NCBI GenBank assembly: GCA_963841915.1
Contig: CAWJEN010000005.1
Span: forward strand, 352,001-416,000
Direction of reading: 5' to 3'
DNA length: 64,000 nt
Source: an uncultured Planctomycetota bacterium
GTDB lineage: Bacteria > Planctomycetota > Phycisphaerae > Tepidisphaerales > Tepidisphaeraceae
Positions 30,736 to 41,342 of the stretch are shown piece by piece. Under the pieces are notes generated by a model. The model worked only from the letters and a program-made list of their open reading frames with translations, did not search any database and had not been told where the DNA came from. A program made the translations under genes and the position numbers. Positions within the stretch are counted from its first letter, which is position 1. Every line of letters starts with the position of its first letter.

Positions 30736-30740
30736 GTTCC

Positions 30741-30825
30741 AACAAGGGTCGGCCTGAAACAGCTGGCCCGCATCAAACCCCCCCACCCGGCGCGGCCTGC
30801 TACTTGTTAGCAGGTCGCGTCTTTT
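30741..30825 (+). ncRNA. Candidate ~85-nt small RNA (hairpin, C-rich linker, terminator)
   Basis: Lies between the promoter and an intrinsic terminator with no ORF; stem 30746-53/30762-69; CCCCCCCACCC tract. Confidence 0.6.
30790..30825 (+). terminator. Intrinsic terminator
   Basis: 13-bp stem GCGCGGCCTGCTA/TAGCAGGTCGCGT followed by CTTTT. Confidence 0.75.
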
Positions 30826-30907
30826 CGTAGTGGTCTCAGGCGGCGGTGCGGGGGCGAACCGGTGAGGCCGACTGTCCGCCCGTCGGTCGCTGGCCGATAC
30901 ACCGACC

Positions 30908-31225
30908 ATGGCCGACCGCTTTAAGGAATTAACCCGTCTGCTCGAACGTGAGCCGGGCGATCCGTTCCTCCGTTACGCCCTTGCGATGGAGCACAAGAAG
31001 GCGGGCCGGCTCGATGACGCACTCGAGTGGCTGAGCAAGACGCTCGAGGCCGACAGCTCCTACTGCTACGCCTACTACCAGCGGGGCCAGATCTTTGAGC
31101 AGCAGGATCAGATGCCCGACGCCCGCAAGGTGTACGAGGACGGCATCAAGGCTGCCAAGAAGTGCGGCGACGCCCACGCCGCCGGCGAGATTCAGGTAGC
31201 GCTCGACCTGCTCGACGACGAATAG
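30908..31225 (+). CDS. Small TPR protein
   Basis: DPFLRYALAME, YCYAYYQRG, GDAHAAGEI; typical short TPR family. Confidence 0.85.
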   Translation: MADRFKELTRLLEREPGDPFLRYALAMEHKKAGRLDDALEWLSKTLEADSSYCYAYYQRGQIFEQQDQMPDARKVYEDGIKAAKKCGDAHAAGEIQVALDLLDDE

Positions 31226-31237
31226 CCGAGTCGTCTG

Positions 31238-31807
31238 TTATTCCTGCATGAGGTCGTCGACGATGGCCGCCGCTCCGCTCGGATCGAGCCCATGGTGGCT
31301 GCCGTCGGCTGCGTCGCTCTGCGCCGTCGGATTGAGCAGTGACCCTGGGTCCATCGGCGGCAGGCCCGTGACCTCCGTCAAGGCCGCCGCTGCCCGCTCG
31401 GCCGGTGGAACCAGCAGATCAAACGGCTCACCGTCGACCTGCACCACGAACGTCAGGTTCCCAATCGTTACACGATCACCCGGCAGTAGTGGGGATTCCT
31501 GGACACGCCTGTTGTTGACGAAGGTGCCGTTGGAGCTGCCAAGATCCTGAAGCGTGAGCGACTTGTCGTCTCGCCTGACAATGCAGTGCCGGCGACTGAC
31601 ATCACCGAGCGGGATCCGCAGGCCGCAATCCTCGCGACGACCGATAACGGTTTCCTGAAGCGTCAGATCAAACTGCCGATTAGAGCCGCCGGCACGGAGC
31701 AGGACGAGTGCGACTTTCTGACTGTCCTCGACAGGGGTTGCGTCAGCGTTCGTCGGCACCCGGGCCGGTGGCTGAGGTACTGGCGGTGGGACGGGTGGTC
31801 TCTGCAT
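31238..31807 (-). CDS. FHA domain protein
   Basis: IGR, VSRRHC, DLGSSNGTFVN; start MQRPP. Confidence 0.9.
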   Translation of the reverse strand: MQRPPVPPPVPQPPARVPTNADATPVEDSQKVALVLLRAGGSNRQFDLTLQETVIGRREDCGLRIPLGDVSRRHCIVRRDDKSLTLQDLGSSNGTFVNNRRVQESPLLPGDRVTIGNLTFVVQVDGEPFDLLVPPAERAAAALTEVTGLPPMDPGSLLNPTAQSDAADGSHHGLDPSGAAAIVDDLMQE

Positions 31808-32123
31808 TGGTGATGGCCCGTTACCGCGTGCAAGCCTGTCGTAACGTAGCAAACGCGACGAGATTCGACAACAGCCTGCCCAGGTTATCGGAGCAACTCT
31901 TGGGCCGGTGGCGCGTCTACTGCCGGCGGCCACACCGGTGGGGCCGTCAAACCTGTCAGGAACAGGAGACACTTTGTCGGTTGCCGATCCTTTCAACTTT
32001 ATCGATGGGCACCGTCTGAAGATTTGAGCCTGGCGCGCCGGTATCCGATGAAATGGATACGTCGCCCGTGGCCGAAGCGCGTTGTCCCACGCGCCACCGC
32101 TGCCGCGACACCACCCGCACCTC

Positions 32124-35100
32124 ATGAGTTACACGAGCCGCCCTGCCCTTCGCCCCGACGCAACGCCTTTCGAGCAGCTCGAGGCCCGGCGGCTCATGAC
32201 GAGCGTCGCCCTGCCTTTCACTCTCGACTTCGACACGGATGCAGGCGGGCTTAACGACAAGGACGGCACCGGAACCGGCTTCGACCGCACCCAGACCAAC
32301 ACAGGCACCGCCTCCGACTTCGACGCCTCGCTCCTCGACATCGCAGGCGGCCGGCTCACCGTTGAAAGTCTCAGCGGTAACGACGGCACCAACAGCGGCT
32401 CGATCAACACCCTCGTCAACGCCCTGCAGGTCGGCTTCGACGCCACCAGCTCCTTCGTCGTCGAGACTCGCATTCTTCCCGCAAGCGGCGACAGCAACCT
32501 CGGCCAGCTCAACGCGACCTACGAACAGGCAGGTCTGCTCCTTGGTGCCGACGGTGACAACTGGGTCAAACTCGTCGCCCTCTACCACGACAACGGCCCG
32601 TCGATTCAGTTCCTCGATGAGTTCGATGTCAGCGGCAACCTGACCAGCTCCGCCCCTTCGGGTGGCGGCCTCGTCGCCACAAACGCCTGGTCGACCGTCA
32701 CGTCACTCGACCTCCGCATCGTCGGCGACCCGAGTGACGGCACGCTCAGCGCCAACTACCGCATCAACGACGGCTCGTGGCGGACCGTGCCGCACGAACT
32801 GACCGTGCCGGCCGGCAAGCGGGCTGCCTTCTTCGCCAGCGAATCGACGGCAGGCGTCGTCGCCTTCCACCGCAACACGAGCCCGACCCGTGGGCTCACC
32901 GTCGCCTTCGACAACTTCTCGATCGAGCGACCGGCGGTCGGCGTCGGTGAAGGCCCGAGCGTCGCTGCCGTCCGCCCGGCGGCGGGGACGAGCAACGTCA
33001 ACCGCGACGCCTTTGTGGCCGTCGATGTCGTTCTGCCCAGCGGCGCGATCGATCCTTCGACCGTCACGCCGAGCGTCGTCTTCCTGCTCGACAATTCCAC
33101 CGGCCAAGTCGTGCCATCGAGCACGACGGTCAGCGGTGGCGGCGACGCGATCACGCTCACGCCGACCGGCCTGCTTAAGGCCAACACGTCGTACACGTTC
33201 CAGATCACGGATGCCGTTCAGGACGTCAACGGCAACGCGTTCACCGCCTACCAGGGTGCATTTACGACCGGCAGTGCGGTTGCAGAGTCGCTGCCCCAGG
33301 TCGCCTTCGAGCAGACGCCGCAGAGCGGCACGGTCGGCACCGCCTGGACAGGCGTGACGTTCGGCCCCGACGGCAAGCTCTACGCCGTCACCGCTGACGG
33401 CGAAGTGCACCGCTTCGGCATCAACGCCAGTGGCAGCCTCACGGCCGGCACCTTGCTCGCCAGCCTCACCGAAAGCGACGGCACGACGCCACGGCTCATC
33501 ACCGGTCTCGTCTTCGACAACTCGCAAGGCACGCTCACCGCCTACGTCAGCCACGGCGCGTACATCGACCCCGGTGATGACACCGACCGAACCGCCCCCG
33601 AATGGAGCGGCAAGATCACGCGCCTCAGTGGTGCGAACCTGGAGAACGAGCTCGACGTCATCGTCGGCCTGCCACGCAGCGTCTACGACCACCTCAACAA
33701 CCAGCCGATCTTCGGCCCCGACGGCAGGCTCTACGTCGTCTCGCCGAGCAATTCGGCCATGGGTGCGCCCGACAACACCTGGGGCAACCGTCCGGAGCAA
33801 CTGCTCTCGGCGGCAGTTCTGGCCATGGATGTTCGGTCCATCAGCAGCACGCTCGACGTCCAAACCGCTGACGGCGGTACGTACGACCCGTACGCCAGCG
33901 GCGCAAAAGTCACGCTCTACGCGACCGGCGTCCGCAACGCGTACGACCTCGTCTGGACGGCAGGCGGACACCTCTACGCCCCGGCCAACGGCAGCGCGGC
34001 AGGTGGCAACACGCCGACCGATCCCGATCAGGCCAACACCGCCATCTTCGGCGTCAACGAAACGCAGCACGACCTGCTCTACCGCATCGTGCCGGGCGGC
34101 TACTACGGCCACCCCAACCCGCTCCGCGGCGAGTACATCCTGGCAGGCGGTAACCCGACAAATGCCGTCGACGCCAACCAGGTCAGTCAGTACCCCGTGG
34201 GCACCCTGCCCGAGCCCAACTACCAGGGCTTTGCCCATGACTTCGGCCTGAACGTCAGTCCAAACGGTGCGATTCAGTACGACTCCAACGGCGCTCACTT
34301 CAACGGTGCGCTCGACGGCAAACTGGCGGTCGTCCGCTTCAGCGGTGGTGACGATCTCATGTTCCTCAGCGTCGACGAGGCCACGGGCGCGATCACGCAG
34401 TCGTTTGCTGGCAGCTTCGGCGCCGGTGGTCTCAGTGACCCGCTCGACGTCGCACAAGATCCGGCGACCGGCTTCCTCTACGTCGTCGAGGCCGGCTTCC
34501 GCACCAACGGCGGTGACCTGCAGCTCACGCTGCTCAAGCCCATCCAGGCGGCGCCGCTGACGGTCACGTCGCCCGCCCGCGACTATGGCAACGGTGCGTC
34601 ACTCTTCTTCAGCTCGGTGGGCGGAACGACGGGCACCGACGCGCTGACGATCAACCTCGCCCACGGCGGTGGTGGTGGAACCGTCGCTTTCCCAGACGAT
34701 GCCGTCGTCATCCGCGGGACCGACGCCAGTCGCTTCCGCATCGTCAGCGGTGACCCGGCAGGCACGACCCTTGCCACCGGGCAGTCGAGCAACCTGCTCA
34801 TCGACTTCGACGCGCCCTCCGTCGGCCTCTTCGACGCAGAACTCGTCATCAAGAGCAACGACCCCAGCGTGCCCGAACGCGTCATCCGCCTGCGCGGCCT
34901 CGGCACCGCGGGCGAAGGTGGCAACCTCGAGCCGTCCCTGCAGCGCGTGCTCGATCTGTACGAACTGCAGGTCAACGTCGCCGACCCTGACCCGGCGACG
35001 ACGGACTACCCGCAACAGAAGAATGTCACCGGCAGTGACGAGATCCTCGCCCAGCTCTTTGAAAAGGCAGGCACCGGTAGCGTCACGATCGAGCTGCTGG

Positions 35101-38100
35101 CCAGCCTCGGCACGGCCAACAGCAACGGCTTCAGCAACACGTCTGCCGTGTCGTGGTACACCGACGGCAACAGCGGGTCGGCGACGCAGCTCTTCACCAT
35201 CGCCAAGGCCGATGCCCAGACGGTGCAGGTCGCGCCCAGCGGTTCGCTCAGCTTCAACCCGGGCTCCAGCGAGTTCGGCTTGACCGCCCGCTTCTTCGAC
35301 TTCGACAGCGGCAACCGTCGTGTCTACCAGCAGGACGACCTCAACACCTATGAGGCCAACGCAGACGAACAACGCAAGCTTCGCCTGTTCCCGCTGCTCG
35401 ACGCGAATGGCAACAGCGTCGCCAACGCCTACGTCTTTGCCTTCGAGGAGTGGGACCAGGCGACGGATCAGAACGACATCGTCGGCATCATCCGCAACGT
35501 CAGTCCGGTGGGCGTCAACGCGACGGTCTCGCTCGTCAACGCCGAGCACCCGGTCTTCGGCAGCAACCTGACGATGCACCGCATCGACAACGTCGACAGC
35601 GTTGTCGGCAACAAGGTGCGTGACGAAGCGACGCTGCTGTTTACGAACGAAGGGGCAAGCGACCTGCAGATCACCGGTGTCTCGCTCGACTCGCCTGACT
35701 TCATTATCGTCTCCGGCGGTGAATCGGGAACGCTTACGGCAGGGGCGACGCGGTCAATTACGGTCCGCTTCGTCTACAGCGATCCGTTCAACAACAGCAC
35801 GGCCCCCGGTGGGCAGCCGCGGATGATCGACCGGGTCGTCAAGACCGGCAACCTCATCGTCGCCACCAACGACACCGACGAGCCCAACAAGGTCGCCCGC
35901 GTCGGTGGCATCTGGCAGAGCCACAGCGAAGAAGGCAACACCGGCACGAGTCAGGAGCCGGTGCTGAACGAGCTCGTCGCCGCCTTCGGCTGGGACATCG
36001 ACGTCGGGCCGTTCACCGGCTTGTCCAACTACGACACCGGCCAAAACACCCAAGGCCAGCGGATCGCCATCGGTGAAGAAGTGCTCAGCGACTTCTGGTT
36101 CAAGACCGGCAGCAACGTCGAGGTGCTCCAGATCGCAGCGTTCCACCAGCAGCGTGACCCGCAGTGGAACGGCACCGGCTCGCCTCGCTACGTGCCCAAC
36201 ACGACCTTCCGCTGGTACAACACGACCGGCGGATACAACCAGGTCTTCAAGCACGACGCCGACTACGGCCAGTCGATCCTGCCGCTCATCGACGGCGAAA
36301 GTGGCCTGTCGTACGGCACGTTCAACCCCGGCACCGGCAGCTTCGGTGTCAGCGTCGACCAGACCTGGAACTCCGACCGCACCCGAAACGGCCAGAACGC
36401 CCACGCGTTCCGCTTCTTCGCCCTCAAGGACAGTGACGGCAACATCATTCCCGGTGCCTACCTCGCCGCAGAGGACAACGCAGGCACCGGTGACGGCACA
36501 CAAGCGGGTAACGGTTCCAACTACGACTATCAGGACAACGTCTACGTCCTGACCGGCGTCCGACCGGCAGAAGGCCCGACGGCCATTGAAAGCCTCGCCG
36601 CCAACGGCACATCAGGCGGCGTCAGCCTCACCTGGAATGCCAGCAGCGAAGGCAACGTCACGCAATACCGCGTCGCCCGGGCCACGGCTGTCAACGGCAC
36701 GTACAGCACGATCGCCACCGTCGACTCGCCCGACTACGTCGATGCTTCTGCCGTCGCAGGGACCCAGTACTTCTACCGCGTCAACGCCCTCGACTACCAC
36801 AACACGATCGGCGCGTCGGCCACCAGCGTCAGCGCCACCCGGCCCGTCGGCGGCTCGGCACCGACCGCACCGTCAGCCCTCGCCGCCACGGCCAACTCCA
36901 CCGACAGCGTCTCGCTCGCCTGGACCGACAACAGCGGCGACGAAACCGGCTTCAAAGTCCTTCGCAACATCGGCGGGGGCAGCTACAGCCTCATCGCCAC
37001 CCTCGGCAGCAATATCACCAGCTACGTCGACAGTACCGTCGACGGCGGCACGAGCTACGGCTACCGCGTCGTCGCCACCAACGCCAACGGCGACAGCGGC
37101 TTTGCCTCGGCCAGCGTCAGTACGCCAGACGACCTCTCTGCCGCCGTCAACCTCAGCGCGACGGCGACGGCATTTAACACCGTCAACCTCACCTGGGCAG
37201 ACACCAGCGACAACGAAACCGGCTTCCGCGTCGAACGCAACGGCGGCATGGGCTTCACCGTCGTCGGCACCACGTCGCCCGACGCACAGTCTTTCACCGA
37301 CACCACCGCCAGCGGCGCGACGACGTATACCTACCGCCTCGTCACCCTCGGCGACAACGCCACCGTCGGTGGCACGAGCGCGACCGCCAGCGTCACCACG
37401 CCCGCTAATCCGAGCAACGTCGACGCGCCCACCAACGCCCGCGCCACGAGCGTCGGCCACGCCAGCGTCGCCCTCGCCTGGGATCACGTCGGCACGAACG
37501 TCACCGGCTTCGAGGTCAAGCGAAACAACGTCGTCATCGCCACCCTCGCCAGCGGCTCGACCCGCAGCTACACCGACAACACCGTCTCGCCGCAAACGTC
37601 GTACAGCTACGTCGTCACGGCCCTCAACGGCTCGTTCCGCAGCAGTGGTTCGTCGGCTGTTTCGGTGACAACCACGGCCGACCCGGCCGTTTTAACCGCG
37701 CCCGGCAGCTTCACCGCCACGCCTATCTCGCGGACGCAGGTCGACCTCGACTGGAACGCGGTCAGCAACGCCAGCTTCTACGTCGTCGAGCGTCGCCTGG
37801 CCAACACGTCGACGTTCAGCGTGCTGTCGAACGCAGTCCCTGCGTCGCAGACCGACTACGTCGACAACACCGTCGCCGCCGGCACGACGTACGTCTATCG
37901 CGTCCGCGCCCGCAACGCCGCCAATCCGTCGAGCGGGCCTTACAGCACGACGACCGCCTCGACGCCTTCCGCCGATGCCATCGTCTTTACCGAGATCGGC
38001 AGTGCGACCGGCTCGTTCACCGGCACCGCCGCCGACTTCACGCTCGCCGCCACCGGCACGTCCGACGCGACCGACCTCGGCAGCGACGACGACATCGGCT

Positions 38101-40133
38101 TCGCAGGCCGCATCTTCGTCGGTGACTTCGATGTCGCCATTCTCCTCGACTCCTTCACCAAGGCCGACAGCGCTTCTGCCGCGGGCCTGATGGTGCGGGC
38201 CGACCTGTCCGACACCGCCACCAACGTCTTCCTCCGCACGAGCGGCCAAGTCGCGATGAGCTGGCGTGACACGACCGGTGCCGAAACGCGTGCACCGACC
38301 GGTGCCCAGAACGCACCGTCGCCGACGCACCTCCGCCTGGTTCGAGACGGCAATGTCTTCACCGGCCTCACGTCGGCCGACGGCATGAACTGGACGACCG
38401 TCGCAACCAGCAGTTCCATCCCGATGGGCGCCAGCGTCCACGTCGGTGCTGCCATCGCCAGCTACTCGACGAGCAGCTCGACCGCCAGCTTCAGCGACTT
38501 CGGCACCTATCAGCAGCAACCACCCGTCGCCCCGACCGGCTTTGCCGTCACGACGACGGCCGGCACGCGACTCACCTGGACCGACGCCTCGCCCAATGAA
38601 ACGGGCTTCCGCGTCGAGCGTCGCGTCAGCGGCGGCACGTTTGCCACGATCGCCACCCTCGACGCCGGCTCGACCGCCTACACCGACGCGGCCACATCGC
38701 CGGGCGTCACGTACGACTGGCGGGTCGTCGCCTTCAATGCCGCCGGCTCCAACGCCAGTGCGGTCGTGACGAAGACGACGCCCGATAACCGACCCGCCGC
38801 CCCGGGTGACGGCACGGCCCCTGTCGCCACTCCACCGCCGGCCGACGTGGTCGTGCCCGACGGCAACCGCATCGGATGGGTCGCAACCACCGGTGACGCC
38901 GACGGCTACGTCGTCCAACGCCGCGTCGGCTCGGGCGAGTGGATCACCGTCGCCAGCGTCGGCCCCGACGGCACCGCACTTCGTGACGGCACCGCACAGC
39001 CGGGCGTCACCTACCAGTACCGCGTCGCCGCCTTTAACAGCGACGGCATCGGTGAGGCCACCACGCCAACCACCGTCGTCACGCCCGCCGCCCCGGTCGC
39101 AACCGCCGCCGACGTCGCCGTCCGTCGCACGCCCGGTGGTGTGGTCGTCAGCTTCGACACGAACGGCGAAAATGCCATCGTCCAACGCCGCGTCAGTGAC
39201 GAGTGGCTCACGCTCACCAACGGCGCCACCGGCACGTTCGTCGACAGCGGCGCACCCGTCGGCAGCCGCATCGAGTACCGCGTGCGGCCGGTCCTGGGCA
39301 GCACGTTCTCCGCGCCCGTCGTCCTCGCCGCCGACGCACCGGCGAGCGATCCGACGTCCAGCAACCTCGGCGATGCCTCCGGCAGCGTCACGTTCATCCG
39401 CGGGTTCGAGCACATGAACGTCACCGCCACCGGCGGCGACGTCTGGAGCTTCGAGGACGGCGCCGTCTTTGCCGGCCTCGATCTAACCGGTGACTTCGAC
39501 GTCGCCAGCCGCGTCTTTGCCACCGGCGACAACGGCTCGTCGGCCGGGCTGATGGTCCGGGCCAGCGACGCACCCGAAGCGCCAAACGTCTTTGTCAGTC
39601 GTCGCGGCAACAGCGTGTCGATGACGCACCGCCAGCGATCCAGCGGCCAATCCGCCACCGCCGCCGCGGTGTCGACCGACGCCTCCTGGCTACGCCTGGC
39701 CCGTCGCGGCGACACCGTCTACACACTCACCAGCGTCGACGGCACGACGTGGACTCGCCTCGGTAACGTCAACGTCGAACGGCTCGGCGACACCGTCCGC
39801 GTCGGCGTCGCCGCCGCCGGTGGCGTCGCCTCGACCGACGCCAGCGTCGACGCCCGCTTCCGAGAGTTCCGCCACCTTGACGCCACCGCAGGCCCCGACA
39901 CCCTCACGGCCGACAAGGTCGCCGGGGGCATCAGCCTCACCTGGCCCGCCGCTGGGACGTCGCTCTTCCACACGCTCGAACGTCGCGATCCCGACGGCGG
40001 TTGGGTCGTCCTGGCTCGGCCGACGAACGGCATGTTCCTCGACACGACCGCGGCCACCGGCGTCAGCTACGTCTACCGCGTCGCCGCCGAGTCAGGCCGC
40101 GCCACCGCCTCGACGCTACCGATCATCGCATGA
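32124..40133 (+). CDS. Giant (~2670 aa) multidomain extracellular-type protein: LEPR-XLL motif, Ig-like domains, sugar-dehydrogenase-like beta-propeller, FN3 repeats, ConA/DUF1349-like domains
   Basis: FEQLEARRLM; FGPDGRLYV and YATGVRNAYDL; repeated LxWTDxSxxETGFxVxR...YxYRVxA. Confidence 0.85.
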   Translation: MSYTSRPALRPDATPFEQLEARRLMTSVALPFTLDFDTDAGGLNDKDGTGTGFDRTQTNTGTASDFDASLLDIAGGRLTVESLSGNDGTNSGSINTLVNALQVGFDATSSFVVETRILPASGDSNLGQLNATYEQAGLLLGADGDNWVKLVALYHDNGPSIQFLDEFDVSGNLTSSAPSGGGLVATNAWSTVTSLDLRIVGDPSDGTLSANYRINDGSWRTVPHELTVPAGKRAAFFASESTAGVVAFHRNTSPTRGLTVAFDNFSIERPAVGVGEGPSVAAVRPAAGTSNVNRDAFVAVDVVLPSGAIDPSTVTPSVVFLLDNSTGQVVPSSTTVSGGGDAITLTPTGLLKANTSYTFQITDAVQDVNGNAFTAYQGAFTTGSAVAESLPQVAFEQTPQSGTVGTAWTGVTFGPDGKLYAVTADGEVHRFGINASGSLTAGTLLASLTESDGTTPRLITGLVFDNSQGTLTAYVSHGAYIDPGDDTDRTAPEWSGKITRLSGANLENELDVIVGLPRSVYDHLNNQPIFGPDGRLYVVSPSNSAMGAPDNTWGNRPEQLLSAAVLAMDVRSISSTLDVQTADGGTYDPYASGAKVTLYATGVRNAYDLVWTAGGHLYAPANGSAAGGNTPTDPDQANTAIFGVNETQHDLLYRIVPGGYYGHPNPLRGEYILAGGNPTNAVDANQVSQYPVGTLPEPNYQGFAHDFGLNVSPNGAIQYDSNGAHFNGALDGKLAVVRFSGGDDLMFLSVDEATGAITQSFAGSFGAGGLSDPLDVAQDPATGFLYVVEAGFRTNGGDLQLTLLKPIQAAPLTVTSPARDYGNGASLFFSSVGGTTGTDALTINLAHGGGGGTVAFPDDAVVIRGTDASRFRIVSGDPAGTTLATGQSSNLLIDFDAPSVGLFDAELVIKSNDPSVPERVIRLRGLGTAGEGGNLEPSLQRVLDLYELQVNVADPDPATTDYPQQKNVTGSDEILAQLFEKAGTGSVTIELLASLGTANSNGFSNTSAVSWYTDGNSGSATQLFTIAKADAQTVQVAPSGSLSFNPGSSEFGLTARFFDFDSGNRRVYQQDDLNTYEANADEQRKLRLFPLLDANGNSVANAYVFAFEEWDQATDQNDIVGIIRNVSPVGVNATVSLVNAEHPVFGSNLTMHRIDNVDSVVGNKVRDEATLLFTNEGASDLQITGVSLDSPDFIIVSGGESGTLTAGATRSITVRFVYSDPFNNSTAPGGQPRMIDRVVKTGNLIVATNDTDEPNKVARVGGIWQSHSEEGNTGTSQEPVLNELVAAFGWDIDVGPFTGLSNYDTGQNTQGQRIAIGEEVLSDFWFKTGSNVEVLQIAAFHQQRDPQWNGTGSPRYVPNTTFRWYNTTGGYNQVFKHDADYGQSILPLIDGESGLSYGTFNPGTGSFGVSVDQTWNSDRTRNGQNAHAFRFFALKDSDGNIIPGAYLAAEDNAGTGDGTQAGNGSNYDYQDNVYVLTGVRPAEGPTAIESLAANGTSGGVSLTWNASSEGNVTQYRVARATAVNGTYSTIATVDSPDYVDASAVAGTQYFYRVNALDYHNTIGASATSVSATRPVGGSAPTAPSALAATANSTDSVSLAWTDNSGDETGFKVLRNIGGGSYSLIATLGSNITSYVDSTVDGGTSYGYRVVATNANGDSGFASASVSTPDDLSAAVNLSATATAFNTVNLTWADTSDNETGFRVERNGGMGFTVVGTTSPDAQSFTDTTASGATTYTYRLVTLGDNATVGGTSATASVTTPANPSNVDAPTNARATSVGHASVALAWDHVGTNVTGFEVKRNNVVIATLASGSTRSYTDNTVSPQTSYSYVVTALNGSFRSSGSSAVSVTTTADPAVLTAPGSFTATPISRTQVDLDWNAVSNASFYVVERRLANTSTFSVLSNAVPASQTDYVDNTVAAGTTYVYRVRARNAANPSSGPYSTTTASTPSADAIVFTEIGSATGSFTGTAADFTLAATGTSDATDLGSDDDIGFAGRIFVGDFDVAILLDSFTKADSASAAGLMVRADLSDTATNVFLRTSGQVAMSWRDTTGAETRAPTGAQNAPSPTHLRLVRDGNVFTGLTSADGMNWTTVATSSSIPMGASVHVGAAIASYSTSSSTASFSDFGTYQQQPPVAPTGFAVTTTAGTRLTWTDASPNETGFRVERRVSGGTFATIATLDAGSTAYTDAATSPGVTYDWRVVAFNAAGSNASAVVTKTTPDNRPAAPGDGTAPVATPPPADVVVPDGNRIGWVATTGDADGYVVQRRVGSGEWITVASVGPDGTALRDGTAQPGVTYQYRVAAFNSDGIGEATTPTTVVTPAAPVATAADVAVRRTPGGVVVSFDTNGENAIVQRRVSDEWLTLTNGATGTFVDSGAPVGSRIEYRVRPVLGSTFSAPVVLAADAPASDPTSSNLGDASGSVTFIRGFEHMNVTATGGDVWSFEDGAVFAGLDLTGDFDVASRVFATGDNGSSAGLMVRASDAPEAPNVFVSRRGNSVSMTHRQRSSGQSATAAAVSTDASWLRLARRGDTVYTLTSVDGTTWTRLGNVNVERLGDTVRVGVAAAGGVASTDASVDARFREFRHLDATAGPDTLTADKVAGGISLTWPAAGTSLFHTLERRDPDGGWVVLARPTNGMFLDTTAATGVSYVYRVAAESGRATASTLPIIA

Positions 40134-40139
40134 CGCCGC

Positions 40140-41333
40140 TCACCAGTTCGTGAATCCGCCGTCGCTGCGGTGAAAGGTCGGGCATTCCCACGGTTCGTAC
40201 GGGTGGTGCTTCAACGCCGCCTCATCGACCTCGATGCCGAGGCCCGGGCCGTCGGGTACCGTGTAGCACGTCCCATCGAGGCGCGGGCGAACCGGGATCA
40301 CATCGTCTGACATGAAGGCGACGCGTTCCGTCGGTGCCTCGCGGGTTTCAAGGCAAGCAAAGTTCGACACCGCCGCCGCGAGGTGCACGCTCGCGGCCGT
40401 CGCGATCGCCCCGAGCGGGTTGTGCGGCATGAGGTCGACATAGTGCGTCTCTGCCATGGCCGCAACTTTCTTCGCCTCCGTCAGACCGCCCACGTTGCAG
40501 ACATCGAGCCGGCAATAGGCCGACAAGCCTTGTTCCAGGAACGGCGCAAACTCCCACTTGCTCGGCAACTCCTCGCCGATCGCAAAAGGGATCGGCGTCA
40601 GTGTCCGCAGGTGCGCGTACGCCGCCGGTGACTGCGTGCGGATCGGCTCTTCGAGATAATCGAGTGTGCCGGCCGGCATGCGCTGACAGAACTGCGCCGC
40701 CTCGGCAACCGACAGGCGGCTGTGGTAGTCGATGCCGAGCTCGAAGTCGTGGCCGCACGCATCACGGATGGCGACCATGAGCGCCGCCGTCGGGCTGATC
40801 GAATCACGCGGGTCATAGGTCGCCCGCTGGTGATTGGCCGTCCCCGTCGGGGCCGGCTCCGTACCGGCCGGCAGGATCGGATACGCCCGAATCGACCGCC
40901 ACCCTGCCTCGCGCAGCATCTGCACCTCCTCGATCACCGACGCCTGATCGGTCGCGACGGTACTGGCAAAGGTCGGCACGCGGTCGCGTTGCTTGCCACC
41001 GAGGAGCTGGTAGACCGGCACGTTCAGGTGCTTGCCGACGAGGTCATGCAACGCGATGTCAATGGCAGCGATGGCGGCGGACAAGATGTTGCCGCCCTCG
41101 AAGTACTGCCCGCGATACAGGTCCTGCCAGATCGCGCCGATCTGCATCGCGTCGCGTCCGACAAGGCGGGCGGCGTAGTGCTCGATCGCACCAGCCACGG
41201 CATACTCGCGCGACGAGATCCCCGACTCGCCCCACCCGTGCAGGTCGCCGGCAGTGACCTTGACCAGAAGCTGATTACGATGCCCGATGCGGGCAGGAAA
41301 AGCCTCGACGCCAGTGATGGGAAGCGGTTGCAC
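40140..41333 (-). CDS. Enolase-superfamily acid-sugar dehydratase (DgoD-like, MR/MLE family)
   Basis: GWGE, IDIALHDL, YQLLGG, DYH, EEP, GEE, PHNP, GPGLG. Confidence 0.9.
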   Translation of the reverse strand: MQPLPITGVEAFPARIGHRNQLLVKVTAGDLHGWGESGISSREYAVAGAIEHYAARLVGRDAMQIGAIWQDLYRGQYFEGGNILSAAIAAIDIALHDLVGKHLNVPVYQLLGGKQRDRVPTFASTVATDQASVIEEVQMLREAGWRSIRAYPILPAGTEPAPTGTANHQRATYDPRDSISPTAALMVAIRDACGHDFELGIDYHSRLSVAEAAQFCQRMPAGTLDYLEEPIRTQSPAAYAHLRTLTPIPFAIGEELPSKWEFAPFLEQGLSAYCRLDVCNVGGLTEAKKVAAMAETHYVDLMPHNPLGAIATAASVHLAAAVSNFACLETREAPTERVAFMSDDVIPVRPRLDGTCYTVPDGPGLGIEVDEAALKHHPYEPWECPTFHRSDGGFTNW

Positions 41334-41342
41334 GCCGCATTG

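Noticed and set aside
32703..39413. Long minus-strand ORFs (584, 326, 573 aa) opposite the giant gene
   Set aside because: Typical stop-poor antisense frames of high-GC coding DNA, with no motifs.
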